From the IMG/VR virus record IMGVR_UViG_3300027022_000002: a stretch of 23,874 bases of DNA. One strand, given 5' to 3'. This document shows positions 1 through 7,733 of the stretch, piece by piece. The notes under the pieces are model-generated. The model was not told the origin of the DNA, searched no databases, and worked only from the letters and a program-made list of their open reading frames with translations. A program made the translations under genes and the position numbers. This DNA comes from an uncultured virus (IMG/VR IMGVR_UViG_3300027022_000002) (taxonomy: Duplodnaviria; Heunggongvirae; Uroviricota; Caudoviricetes). Within the stretch, counting starts at the first letter, position 1, and each line of letters opens with the position of its first letter.

Positions 1-550
1 CGCGGGGACCGGGGCAGTCCGGGATGGACCCCCCGACAGGTGCGTTCGATCCGTCTTGCCGGCCTTCCGGGGCGGGCTGCGGCCAGGTCCACGTCTGGTA
101 CCAGCGGCCCCGGTCGCCCCGGTTGTTGACCACGGCGACGCCGCACCACACGCAGTGCTTGTGGTGCTCGGCGTCCTTCGCCCACGCGTGCCGGCGGGTA
201 CGCGGGTTCCAGCGGACGTTGCGGGGCTGCCCACGACGCCCGTACGAGGGTTTCGTCGCCCCGTCGGGAGTCGTCGCCGACGGCAGCGGCGGCGGGGCGG
301 CCTGCCCGGACCGGTCGGCGACGATCCCCCGCATCCGGTCGACGTCGATGACCGTCGCCCCCTCGGTGACGGCCCATTCCCAGTCGTCTTCGTCGAGCTG
401 GTAGCACCAGCGCGGCGTGCCGGCGAACCGGAGCCGGTCCGCCGGCACCATCAGGATCTTCGCGAACTCGGCCCCGTCCGCTTCGGTGTCGGCGGTCATG
501 AACCGGCCGGCGGTGCCGGTGTCGACGATGTAGCGGGCCATCACGGTCAC
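1..550 (-). CDS. Hypothetical protein with a degenerate DUF4031-like N-terminus and a His/Cys-containing C-terminal part; runs off the window edge
   Basis: Not in the ORF track. GTG at 550 overlaps the methylase stop (GTGA); in-frame ATG at 541. Open to base 1: MARYIVDTGTAGRFMTADTEADGAEFAKILMVPADRLRFAGTPRWCYQLDEDDWEWAVTEGATVIDV...HHKHCVWCG. Confidence 0.7.
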   Translation of the reverse strand, partial: MTVMARYIVDTGTAGRFMTADTEADGAEFAKILMVPADRLRFAGTPRWCYQLDEDDWEWAVTEGATVIDVDRMRGIVADRSGQAAPPPLPSATTPDGATKPSYGRRGQPRNVRWNPRTRRHAWAKDAEHHKHCVWCGVAVVNNRGDRGRWYQTWTWPQPAPEGRQDGSNAPVGGSIPDCPGPR

Positions 551-2202
551 CGCCGGTCGATCCCGGCGAGCACCGACGCGAACCGCAACCCGAAGTAGCG
601 GGCCGCGTTCACACTGACGGCGTTGCCGACCTGGACGTTGCGCTCACCTTGGTTGCCGGCCAGCTCGTAGCCCGGCGGGAAGTCCTGCGCCAGCGCCTGT
701 TCCAACCAGGTAACCATGCGGTAGTGCCACAGCATCGGGTCGGCGGGCAGATCCTGCGCTGCGGTGATCAGCGCGGCGGATTCGATCGTGGACACGGCGT
801 GCAGCGGCACGTTCGGCCCGGATGGCCGGTTGTTCTTCCGGTACGGCACGACGATGCCGTGGTGCCGGGCGGTCGCCACGGTCGTCAACGGCTCGCCGGG
901 CGACCGCGGCAGCGTGTTCCGGCGGGCGGTGTCGACGAACGCGCCCGGGGTGACGAGGGCTTCCCAGTCGTTCGCCGTACGGGTCCGGAACGGCCGGTCC
1001 GTGCCGGCCGGGCCGGTGTTCCAGCTGCCGCCGTTGGCGTCCAGCCAGGCGGGCGACAGCTTGCCCTCGCGGGCCAGCTTGATTCCCCACGCGACGCGCC
1101 GCATGGTTTCCTGCACGAGCGGCTTCTTCCGGTGCAGGGGGCGTTCGCCGATCAGTGGGCCGACGTGCGACCAGTCGATGATCGACCCGGCCGGCTTCGT
1201 CGCCGGCTCGACCCTGCCGTGCCCTGCGGCCGGGCAGTGATACCAGTACTGCTCCCGGTACTTCCCGACCCGGATGCGCTGCCCCGATGCGGTGGCCTGC
1301 CCGTTCGGGTCCGTCCACACCTGGTGCGACTCGACCATGTCGGCGCAGGTGTTGCACCAGGCCAGCGGGCGCGGCTCAAGGTCGGGGATGTCCGGCAGGT
1401 CCTCCCGGACAAATATGATGTAGATGCGGTTGCGCCACTGCGCGGCCGGGTCGAAGCCCTCACCCGACAGGTGCGCGGACGAGGCGTTGACGATGTGCCG
1501 CCGGTAGCCGAGGATCTTGAAGCCGTCCAGCCACCACGCGAACAGCCGCCAGTCGGTGGCGAACTCGACTACGTTCTCAACGCAGACGACCGGGAAGCGC
1601 CACAGCTCGGCGGCCCGGATCACGTCCTGCGCGGTCGCCCTGGTCCGCTCGAACAGCTCCTCCTCGACCGGGTCGGCGTCAGGGTCGGTCGGCTGCCCGG
1701 TGGCGTCGATCAGCGCGCCCTGGCCGGGCGCGGCCTGCCCCTTACGGGACCTCCCCCCGGCCGGGGACGTCTCGGTGCAGATCACCGACGCCCACAGGAC
1801 GTCAGCCCCTTCGGGCAGGTTCCGCATGTCGTACCAGTTGAGATCCACACACGCGTGGGCCGAACCGGGGAAGTTCCGGGCGTGGGTGGCGATCGCCACC
1901 GACGAGTGGTTCGCCCCGAACAGCAGCTGCCCCCCGGCCTGCGCGAGCCCGGCCGACGACCCGCCGCCCCCGCACAGCAGGTCAATGAACGTGAACGCCG
2001 GCTTGGGCCCGTGTAGGCGCATCTGCTCGGCGAACGTCGGCGCGGCGACCTCGGCCCGCATCCGGGCCTCGGCCTGCCCCAGCTCGCCGTACAGGCGGTG
2101 CAGCGTCTCGTTGGCCTGGTCGGTGGCGCACCCCGCCAAGCTGGGCAGGTCAACCCTGTGGAACGTCAGCGGCTTGTCGCGGGTCTTCTTCTTCGCGGGC
2201 AT
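547..2202 (-). CDS. DNA (cytosine-5)-methyltransferase
   Basis: Motif I FIDLLCGGGG, motif IV WASVICT, motif VI ENVVEF, motif VIII QWRNRIY, motif X QVGNAVS. Also has a CxxC...C...H insert and P-x-x-T/A repeats in the target recognition region. Confidence 0.95.
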   Translation of the reverse strand: MPAKKKTRDKPLTFHRVDLPSLAGCATDQANETLHRLYGELGQAEARMRAEVAAPTFAEQMRLHGPKPAFTFIDLLCGGGGSSAGLAQAGGQLLFGANHSSVAIATHARNFPGSAHACVDLNWYDMRNLPEGADVLWASVICTETSPAGGRSRKGQAAPGQGALIDATGQPTDPDADPVEEELFERTRATAQDVIRAAELWRFPVVCVENVVEFATDWRLFAWWLDGFKILGYRRHIVNASSAHLSGEGFDPAAQWRNRIYIIFVREDLPDIPDLEPRPLAWCNTCADMVESHQVWTDPNGQATASGQRIRVGKYREQYWYHCPAAGHGRVEPATKPAGSIIDWSHVGPLIGERPLHRKKPLVQETMRRVAWGIKLAREGKLSPAWLDANGGSWNTGPAGTDRPFRTRTANDWEALVTPGAFVDTARRNTLPRSPGEPLTTVATARHHGIVVPYRKNNRPSGPNVPLHAVSTIESAALITAAQDLPADPMLWHYRMVTWLEQALAQDFPPGYELAGNQGERNVQVGNAVSVNAARYFGLRFASVLAGIDRR

Positions 2203-2203
2203 G

Positions 2204-2428
2204 TCATGCGGCTTTCTCTGAAGTGGACGGGTCAGAGGGCGAACACGCGTCGGCCAGGGCGTTTAGCTTCCATTCCTTGGCGAGCTGGTCGCGGCTACCG
2301 CGTAGGTAGATGCCGACGTCCCGGTGGAACCGCCAGCCCAGCGGCTTAGCGATCTCCCATACCCCGTCGCCCTTGGTGGACCCCTCGACGACGGTCCCGG
2401 CTTCCTGCGTGTGACGGATCGTGATCAT
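2204..2428 (-). CDS. 74-aa protein resembling the N-terminal domain of actinobacterial DUF3560-containing proteins; probably truncated
   Basis: ATG at 2428 overlaps the upstream stop (ATGA). MITIRHTQEAGTVVEGSTKGDGVWEIAKPLGWRF...GSRDQ. Similarity to its neighbour ends at LAD, followed by an unrelated tail. Confidence 0.65.
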   Translation of the reverse strand: MITIRHTQEAGTVVEGSTKGDGVWEIAKPLGWRFHRDVGIYLRGSRDQLAKEWKLNALADACSPSDPSTSEKAA

Positions 2429-2679
2429 TGCAGGATCTGCTTTCCGTCGTTGTCGTCGTCGACGACGATGACCTTGTGGCCGGCTCCGGCGAGGATGTCG
2501 GCGAGGTCGAACAGTTGCCACTTGATCGGCCCCTGCCCCTCGGATCCGGGCTGGTGCACGGCGTTGGTGTTGAAGTCGTCGCTGTCGACCCATCCTTTGG
2601 CCTTGGCGACGAGTCGCACCCATTCGGGCGCGTTGTGGATGTTGCTACCCCATCGGACGCTGTGCGAAATGACGATCAC
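2425..2679 (-). CDS. 84-aa hypothetical protein, paralog of 2204-2428
   Basis: GTG start with a GAGGGGGTG RBS; first gene after promoter P1; aligns with the next gene. Confidence 0.75.
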   Translation of the reverse strand: MIVISHSVRWGSNIHNAPEWVRLVAKAKGWVDSDDFNTNAVHQPGSEGQGPIKWQLFDLADILAGAGHKVIVVDDDNDGKQILQ

Positions 2680-2703
2680 GACGCGCTCACCCCCTCGCGG
2701 CTA

Positions 2704-2721
2704 TGCATTGATTGCTTGCAA
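2704..2721. promoter_or_regulatory. Degenerate second operator just downstream of the P1 start site
   Basis: Minus strand TTGCAAGCAATCAATGCA matches TTGCATTGACTCAATGCA at 14/18 positions, with one intact half-site. Confidence 0.55.
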
Positions 2722-2726
2722 GCTTG

Positions 2727-2763
2727 ACGCTACACCAACACTTGCATTGAGTCAATGCAAGTG
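2727..2763 (-). promoter_or_regulatory. Promoter/operator P1
   Basis: 25-bp palindrome CACTTGCATTGA-G-TCAATGCAAGTG (2739-2763). Minus strand TTGACT (2750-2755), 17 bp, TAGCGT (2727-2732). Confidence 0.88.
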
Positions 2764-2793
2764 GCGAAGTTGGGCGCGGCGAGGCCCAAACGC

Positions 2794-2821
2794 AACGAGG
2801 GCCCCGTGGAGGGCCCTCGTT
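2794..2821. terminator. Stem-loop, probable intrinsic terminator upstream of P1
   Basis: AACGAGGGCCC-cgtgga-GGGCCCTCGTT, a perfect 11-bp stem, 20 bp after the stop at 2841. Confidence 0.75.
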
Positions 2822-2840
2822 TGCTCGTCTTGCGCGTCGA

Positions 2841-3012
2841 TCACGACCAGGAGTGGACCCAGTCGTAGAACTCATCCATCTCGTCCTGAGTCTTCCCCAA
2901 GTGCTCACGTACCATGTCGGCCCATCCATGCGTCGTCGTCGACGCCACGCTCGGCGAACCAGGCAGTCAACTCAGATTCGGTCATCGCGGGCGCGTTGGC
3001 GGCAGCCTGCAT
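2841..3012 (-). pseudogene. Small acidic protein gene frameshifted by a 4-bp duplication
   Basis: AAGGGGG RBS and ATG at 3012. As written the frame stops after 35 aa. Removing one copy of the tandem ATGG (plus-strand CCATCCAT, 2922-2929) gives 55 aa: MQAAANAPAMTESELTAWFAERGVDDDAWADMVREHLGKTQDEMDEFYDWVHSWS. Confidence 0.6.
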
Positions 3013-3050
3013 GTCGCTTCCCCCTTGTGTGGTTGTTGCTTACGTCAAGG

Positions 3051-3084
3051 ACGGTACATGACGTCATGCATTGAGTCAATGCAA
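3051..3084 (-). promoter_or_regulatory. Promoter/operator P2
   Basis: TGCATTGAGTCAATGCA at 3067-3083. Minus strand TTGACT (3074-3079), 17 bp, TACCGT (3051-3056). Confidence 0.88.
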
Positions 3085-3107
3085 CGCGGGCAAGGTGTCG
3101 CCACACG

Positions 3108-3142
3108 CGTGAGGGGACCCCTCAACGAGAGATCCCCTCACG
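3108..3142. terminator. Stem-loop, probable terminator of the P3 operon, upstream of P2
   Basis: CGTGAGGGGA...TCCCCTCACG 10-bp stem, 16 bp after the stop at 3159. Confidence 0.7.
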
Positions 3143-3158
3143 TCGGGTTGGGTGCGGT

Positions 3159-3347
3159 TCAGCTCAGGTGTGTGATCACCAACCACGCCACGAACCCGAA
3201 CCCGACCACCGCCGCCAGACCCGTAGCCCACCGACCCAGCTCGCCAACGAACCCGGCGACCCAGTCACCGACCCCACCGGCAGCCCGGCTCGCGAACCAG
3301 CCGGCGACGAACGCCACCACGCCGACCAGCACCAGCCCGCCCATCAC
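3159..3347 (-). CDS. Small membrane protein (about 62 aa, two hydrophobic segments)
   Basis: GTG at 3347 overlaps the upstream stop (GTGA). Segments GGLVLVGVVAFVAGWF and LAAVVGFGFVAWLVI. Confidence 0.7.
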   Translation of the reverse strand: MMGGLVLVGVVAFVAGWFASRAAGGVGDWVAGFVGELGRWATGLAAVVGFGFVAWLVITHLS

Positions 3348-3946
3348 GACACCGGCCCATCGGGATGCGCCGGCACCGACAACGGCCGACGCCGCTCCCG
3401 ATACGACAGGTAGGCGACGTGCCGGGCAGCGATCGCCCACCCTGCCTTACCCGGCTCACGCGGCGCGACCTTGATCAGCCCCTGGCCGTCTTCCACCCGG
3501 CCGAGCATGTCGGCCAGCGAAGACGGGGCGACGTCGCCGATCTCCAACGCGTCGCCGCACGCGAGCACCGCGTACACGTCGGCGTAGTCGACCATCTCCA
3601 GGACCGGCGCGAACCGCGCTCCCGAACCGGTCCAGCCCTTGGCCACCACGCAGGACCGGTCCACCCGCAGCACCCGAGCCGCATCATCCACGATCCAGTC
3701 ACGCAGCGGACGCTCAGCGTCGTAGGCGGGGGCCGACGCCCACGGATCGGGGACGTCGGAAACCCCACCCTTCGCGACCACCATGGGCAGGAAATCGTCC
3801 CCCAGTGGTCGGTCACCGCAGCCGTCGACCCACCAAGCCTGCCGGCCCGAGTCCACCTTGTTGTAGTAGGCGATCTGCCACTCCTCCGGCGGCGGCCCGA
3901 ACCTGACCAGGTACGGCGGCAGCTCCGGCAGCGCTTCATCAGACAT
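3344..3946 (-). CDS. Hypothetical protein (200 aa)
   Basis: AAGGAGG RBS before ATG 3946 (MSDEALPEL); coupled to its neighbours. Confidence 0.75.
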   Translation of the reverse strand: MSDEALPELPPYLVRFGPPPEEWQIAYYNKVDSGRQAWWVDGCGDRPLGDDFLPMVVAKGGVSDVPDPWASAPAYDAERPLRDWIVDDAARVLRVDRSCVVAKGWTGSGARFAPVLEMVDYADVYAVLACGDALEIGDVAPSSLADMLGRVEDGQGLIKVAPREPGKAGWAIAARHVAYLSYRERRRPLSVPAHPDGPVS

Positions 3947-4148
3947 TGGAATCCTCCTTCGCGGCGCGGGCCCTCTCCAGAGCCCGGAATCGGTCAATCA
4001 ACCCGGCGACGTCCCGGGCCGACCGGCCCGGCTCAGCCAGCCACGCCAACGCCTCGTCTCGCCGTCGCGCCGGCAGATACCGCCGGCACAGGTCCTTCGC
4101 CAACGACCGGGCGTCCTTCGACGGCGCGGCCATCATCCGCCGGCCCAT
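3939..4148 (-). CDS. Small basic helical hypothetical protein (69 aa)
   Basis: GAGGAG RBS and a TGATG overlap with the kinase stop. Confidence 0.7.
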   Translation of the reverse strand: MGRRMMAAPSKDARSLAKDLCRRYLPARRRDEALAWLAEPGRSARDVAGLIDRFRALERARAAKEDSNV

Positions 4149-4753
4149 CAGCACTCCTCGCACGGCTCGGTACGCCGGAACAGCCCGGCGAACCGGCCGC
4201 CGAACAGGCCGGGCGGCACCGGCCCGTGGGACACCCCGCTGCCGCCGGACCAGTGCACGATCACGTCGTACAGCGACCCGGCCCGCCGATGCGGACCCAG
4301 GTCGACCGCGGCCTCGATGGCCTCGTGGACCTCCCGGACGAACTCGTCCGGGACCGCCGACCCGTTCGGTGCTTCCGGCGTCGCGTCGAGCCGCGCCACC
4401 TGCCGGGCGAGGCAGGTCTCCACCGGGGTCTGCATCATCACTGCCACCACGGCCATCTCGTGGACCCGAGCCAAGGCGGCGGGTTCGGCCCGGTGCTCGA
4501 ACGGGCCATTGGTCGCGTCGACCACAGTGTCAAGCCGCCGGCGGATTCGTTCCCGCAACCGGATCTCGTACAGCTGGGCGGCGATCGGGTTGACCTCCTG
4601 GCAGCCGACGTCGTCGGCCAACTCCAGCCGGTACCGTTCCAGGCTGACGACCTGGTGCGCCGGCACGCTGAGCTGGCCGACCAGCGTCGACTTGCCCGAC
4701 CCGGGAGCGCCGACCATGACAACCAGCGTCGGTGATGTCGTCACGGTGCTCAC
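4148..4753 (-). CDS. P-loop kinase, polynucleotide kinase-like (AAA_33)
   Basis: Walker A LVVMVGAPGSGKST, VVDATN motif, and lid TPVETCLARQ..R...VPDE. GTG at 4753 overlaps the upstream stop. Confidence 0.85.
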   Translation of the reverse strand: MSTVTTSPTLVVMVGAPGSGKSTLVGQLSVPAHQVVSLERYRLELADDVGCQEVNPIAAQLYEIRLRERIRRRLDTVVDATNGPFEHRAEPAALARVHEMAVVAVMMQTPVETCLARQVARLDATPEAPNGSAVPDEFVREVHEAIEAAVDLGPHRRAGSLYDVIVHWSGGSGVSHGPVPPGLFGGRFAGLFRRTEPCEEC

Positions 4754-5631
4754 TGCTCGGCCTCCTCGGCCCGGGTCAGCAGCAGATCGGCACCGACCAG
4801 AATCGAACCCCAGGAGATTGCCGCGAAGTACGGGCGCAACTCGCATACGGTGCCGCCCTCGTAGGAGCGCACGCCGACCACCTCGAACGACGCGTCACCG
4901 TGCTCGCGGGTGCGGACCATGTCGCCGACCTTCGGTTCGGTAGCCGGCGGACCGTACGGCACCGGGCCGTCTTTCCACACGCCGGGCGAGTAGCGGGCCG
5001 GGCAAATCAGCACCGCGAACGAATCGCCGACCTCGATCTTCACCGGCGGCGCGGGCCTGGTGAGACTGGGCTCACCGCCGTAGTCGGTGACCCGCGTCCA
5101 CAACGGCTCACCCGACTGCGTGAGCGCCCGAATGCTCTCACCCAGAACCATCCAGACCTCGGCCCGGATCGCCAGTTCGGCCTCCCGAGGGGCGACGGGC
5201 TTTGCGGGGTGGAACCAGTACCGGACCGCAGGCGCGTTCAGCCGGCAGTGCGAGGACTCGGCGTCCGACGGCCCGTGCTCGATCCAGCCGCCCCCCTCGA
5301 CCGACTCGATGACAAGCCGCCCCCGGTCGTCGACGTGCACGATCACGTCCGAAATCCAGGTCGCGCGGTCGATCAGGTCGACCACGCGCCGGGCGGCGTC
5401 GACGGCGAACGGTTTGGTGCCCGACCATCCCGGCCCGGCGACGTCGGCGCGGGCGTGCGCCAGGCAGTACCGGTCCGTCCCCGTGACGGTCAGCGCGCCG
5501 CCGGCGCTGTCCACGTGCAGCACCGACGTGTCCGGCCAGATACTGCCGGCGTCGTCGCCTGGGGCGGCGGTCCAGGGCAGGGTGGCTGCGAGGACCCTGC
5601 GCAGGTCGACCGCCTTGATCGCTGTCTTCAC
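4750..5631 (-). CDS. DNA polymerase III beta-clamp-like protein with an extra C-terminal domain
   Basis: DLRRVL N-terminal helix and LTVTGTDRYCLA, matching the clamp ATDxYRLA motif. GAAGGG RBS. Confidence 0.6.
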   Translation of the reverse strand: MKTAIKAVDLRRVLAATLPWTAAPGDDAGSIWPDTSVLHVDSAGGALTVTGTDRYCLAHARADVAGPGWSGTKPFAVDAARRVVDLIDRATWISDVIVHVDDRGRLVIESVEGGGWIEHGPSDAESSHCRLNAPAVRYWFHPAKPVAPREAELAIRAEVWMVLGESIRALTQSGEPLWTRVTDYGGEPSLTRPAPPVKIEVGDSFAVLICPARYSPGVWKDGPVPYGPPATEPKVGDMVRTREHGDASFEVVGVRSYEGGTVCELRPYFAAISWGSILVGADLLLTRAEEAEQ

Positions 5632-5661
5632 TGTGTTCCCTTCTTCGCGGGTTGCCGCAGA

Positions 5662-6294
5662 TCAGCGGGCGTCGATTTGGGCGAACATCTCTCGCCACCG
5701 TCGTTCCTGCGCCAGACTGGACGCGTTCTCTTCCAGGGTGGACGTCAGCCAATCCGGTCGCGGGTCGGGGCCGGGGTGTTGCGTGCGGTGCCAGCGGGCG
5801 GCGGCCTGCGCTTCGGCCCTGGTGGCGGTGTAGGACTTCCATCCGCAGGTGCAGATAGCCACGGAGTCGTCGGAGCGGACCCACCGCCCGCACGACCCGT
5901 TCGACTTCGTCTTGTACCGCTCGGTCTGCGTGCCGGCGTGCGGGACGGTGCGGGTCACGTGGGTGAACGTCGCCGGCACCGGTTGCGGTAGCTCCGGCAT
6001 CCACACCCATTCGGCGGGGTCGGTGTGCCGGTCGAACAGCCGGCCGACCGCCCACGATCCGTCCTCGCGCATCAACCAGGTGAACTCAGAGGCGTTGTCG
6101 GGTCGGCCGATCACCCAGAAGCGGGGCCACAGCCCGAGCCCGATGGCCCGGTAGAGGACGATGCTGTCCTCGGCGTTGAGACCACGGGCGCGCAGTGCGC
6201 GCAGGTCGGCGACAGCGTGCTTACGGGTGGGCCAGCGTTGGAAGCCCGACAGGTGCCGATCACCCCGCTTGACGTCGATCTCCATGGCGCTCAT
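5662..6294 (-). CDS. Hypothetical protein (210 aa) with a C-terminal CxCGW...H...H zinc-finger-like motif
   Basis: ATGA overlap at 6291-6294 and GGAGG RBS. AICTCGWKSYTATRAEAQAAARWHRTQH. The 5' extension in the ORF track overlaps other genes. Confidence 0.75.
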   Translation of the reverse strand: MSAMEIDVKRGDRHLSGFQRWPTRKHAVADLRALRARGLNAEDSIVLYRAIGLGLWPRFWVIGRPDNASEFTWLMREDGSWAVGRLFDRHTDPAEWVWMPELPQPVPATFTHVTRTVPHAGTQTERYKTKSNGSCGRWVRSDDSVAICTCGWKSYTATRAEAQAAARWHRTQHPGPDPRPDWLTSTLEENASSLAQERRWREMFAQIDAR

Positions 6295-6584
6295 CGGGGG
6301 TCGCCTCCTCGGTATCCCAGATAGGGGCGGGTTTCGCAGCGGTAGATGATCTCGCGGGCGATGTCTCCCGATGGGACGTTGCTGTCGAACATCCTGGCCA
6401 GCTCGCCCACGTCGGCCACCGTTTGCAGCGACTCTCGGTCCATCTGGCGGCCGGTAGCCCGATCTCCGATGGAGGAGACGATCTGCCCGGCCCGGGGCCC
6501 GTAGCCGGCGACGTAGAACTCGACGGGCTGGGGGTTGGTCCGAACCTGATCGAGAATGATGGTGATCATTTCCTGGTTCATCAT
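6291..6584 (-). CDS. Hypothetical protein (97 aa)
   Basis: GAGGAG RBS and ATGA overlap at 6581-6584 (MMNQEMITII). Confidence 0.75.
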   Translation of the reverse strand: MMNQEMITIILDQVRTNPQPVEFYVAGYGPRAGQIVSSIGDRATGRQMDRESLQTVADVGELARMFDSNVPSGDIAREIIYRCETRPYLGYRGGDPR

Positions 6585-7291
6585 CGGGCGGTCTCCTCGC
6601 AGCATCCGCAGCAGCACTCGCGCCCGTAGGCGCAGGGCATTCCGACCTGGGCGAACCGGCCACATCCGGCGTGGTCGCACAACGCGGGAGTGACTTCCTC
6701 ACACGCGACGTGCTTGCGCTGGTTGTCGTGGCAGGGCTGGTCGGGGTCTCCGATGCACTCGGGGCAGGCGTCGATGTGGGCCATGGTGTCGTTGGCGGGG
6801 TCCTCGACGAGGTAGCCGCCACATTCGCAGCGGTAGTCCGGGCGGGTGCCCCGGGGGGCCATCTGACCTTCGTGGATCAAATGCCAGCGCCACGCTCGGT
6901 AGAGGCGTCGCGAGACCTCGTCAGGGTCGGGGGCGACCTCGACGAGCCGGCCCGTCGGGTCAGCCTTGTAGATCGGCCCGTCGGGCACCCCGGACCGGGC
7001 GATGATGCGGCACGCCTCGTCGCGCAGGGTTGTCAGGGCACCCCCGGACGCGGTCCAACGGCGAGCGGACGCGAGGGAGCCCGCCTGCAGCATCTGCCCG
7101 GTCGGCAGGTAGACGATCTCCCACGGGGTACCCGTCTCTTCCGTCCGGTGGTACTCCCACCGGCCGTCGGCGGACCGGGCGAAGGTGATCTCCTTCCGGG
7201 TCCGGCTCGGGTCGGGCCTGCGGCTCGACATGAACCATGTCGCGCGGGTGACGTCGACGATTGGCGTCAACGCGGTTGTGGTCGGTGCCAT
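6581..7291 (-). CDS. Hypothetical protein with a cysteine-rich C-terminal domain
   Basis: GGGGGG RBS; first gene after P3. Contains CECGG, CPEC, CDHAGC and CCCGCC. Confidence 0.8.
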   Translation of the reverse strand: MAPTTTALTPIVDVTRATWFMSSRRPDPSRTRKEITFARSADGRWEYHRTEETGTPWEIVYLPTGQMLQAGSLASARRWTASGGALTTLRDEACRIIARSGVPDGPIYKADPTGRLVEVAPDPDEVSRRLYRAWRWHLIHEGQMAPRGTRPDYRCECGGYLVEDPANDTMAHIDACPECIGDPDQPCHDNQRKHVACEEVTPALCDHAGCGRFAQVGMPCAYGRECCCGCCEETAR

Positions 7292-7318
7292 GATTGCCCC
7301 CCATCGCTTACTGGTCGT

Positions 7319-7352
7319 ATCGTAACGTCATGTTGGCATTGAGTCAATGCAA
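7319..7352 (-). promoter_or_regulatory. Promoter/operator P3
   Basis: GCATTGAGTCAATGC at 7336-7350. Minus strand TTGACT (7342-7347), 17 bp, TACGAT (7319-7324). Confidence 0.88.
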
Positions 7353-7702
7353 CACGTGGCGTTGAGGTCGACGTACACCGTCGACCGGTAGCCGCCCATG
7401 CCCGACGGCGTCTCGGTCACCTCTACGGCGAGCTGGATGCGCCTGCGGTGACCCTTGCCCACGCGTACGCGGGTCGGGCGGGACACGTAGCCGCACATGG
7501 TGATCGGCTGCCCGTACCGGTCCGACCCGACCAGTTCGGCGACCTGCCGTCCTGCGGCCAGGTCGGCGACGGGCACCACCTTCCGGGGGGTCACGACTGC
7601 TGCGGCTGCGTCAGCTTCGACGGCTTCCCACCATGAGGCGTCTACGACGCGTTCAGCGCGCAGCGTGGCGATGTAGCGCTGCTGCGGTTCGGATGGCTTC
7701 AT
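7328..7702 (-). CDS. Hypothetical protein (124 aa) whose 3' end reads through operator P3
   Basis: AAGGGG RBS and ATG 7702 (MKPSEPQQRYIATLRAER). The last residues CIDSM are encoded by the palindrome. Confidence 0.7.
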   Translation of the reverse strand: MKPSEPQQRYIATLRAERVVDASWWEAVEADAAAAVVTPRKVVPVADLAAGRQVAELVGSDRYGQPITMCGYVSRPTRVRVGKGHRRRIQLAVEVTETPSGMGGYRSTVYVDLNATCCIDSMPT

Positions 7703-7733
7703 GTCCAGTCCCCTTGATCGACCTACAAGAGGA

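Noticed and set aside
3072..3078. TGAGTCA core equals the eukaryotic AP-1 site
   Set aside because: A coincidental result of a dyad built around a TTGAC -35 box in a clearly bacterial phage context.
5662..6822. 386-aa ORF as a single protein
   Set aside because: Its 5' part overlaps two better genes; the RBS and ATGA coupling place the start at 6294.
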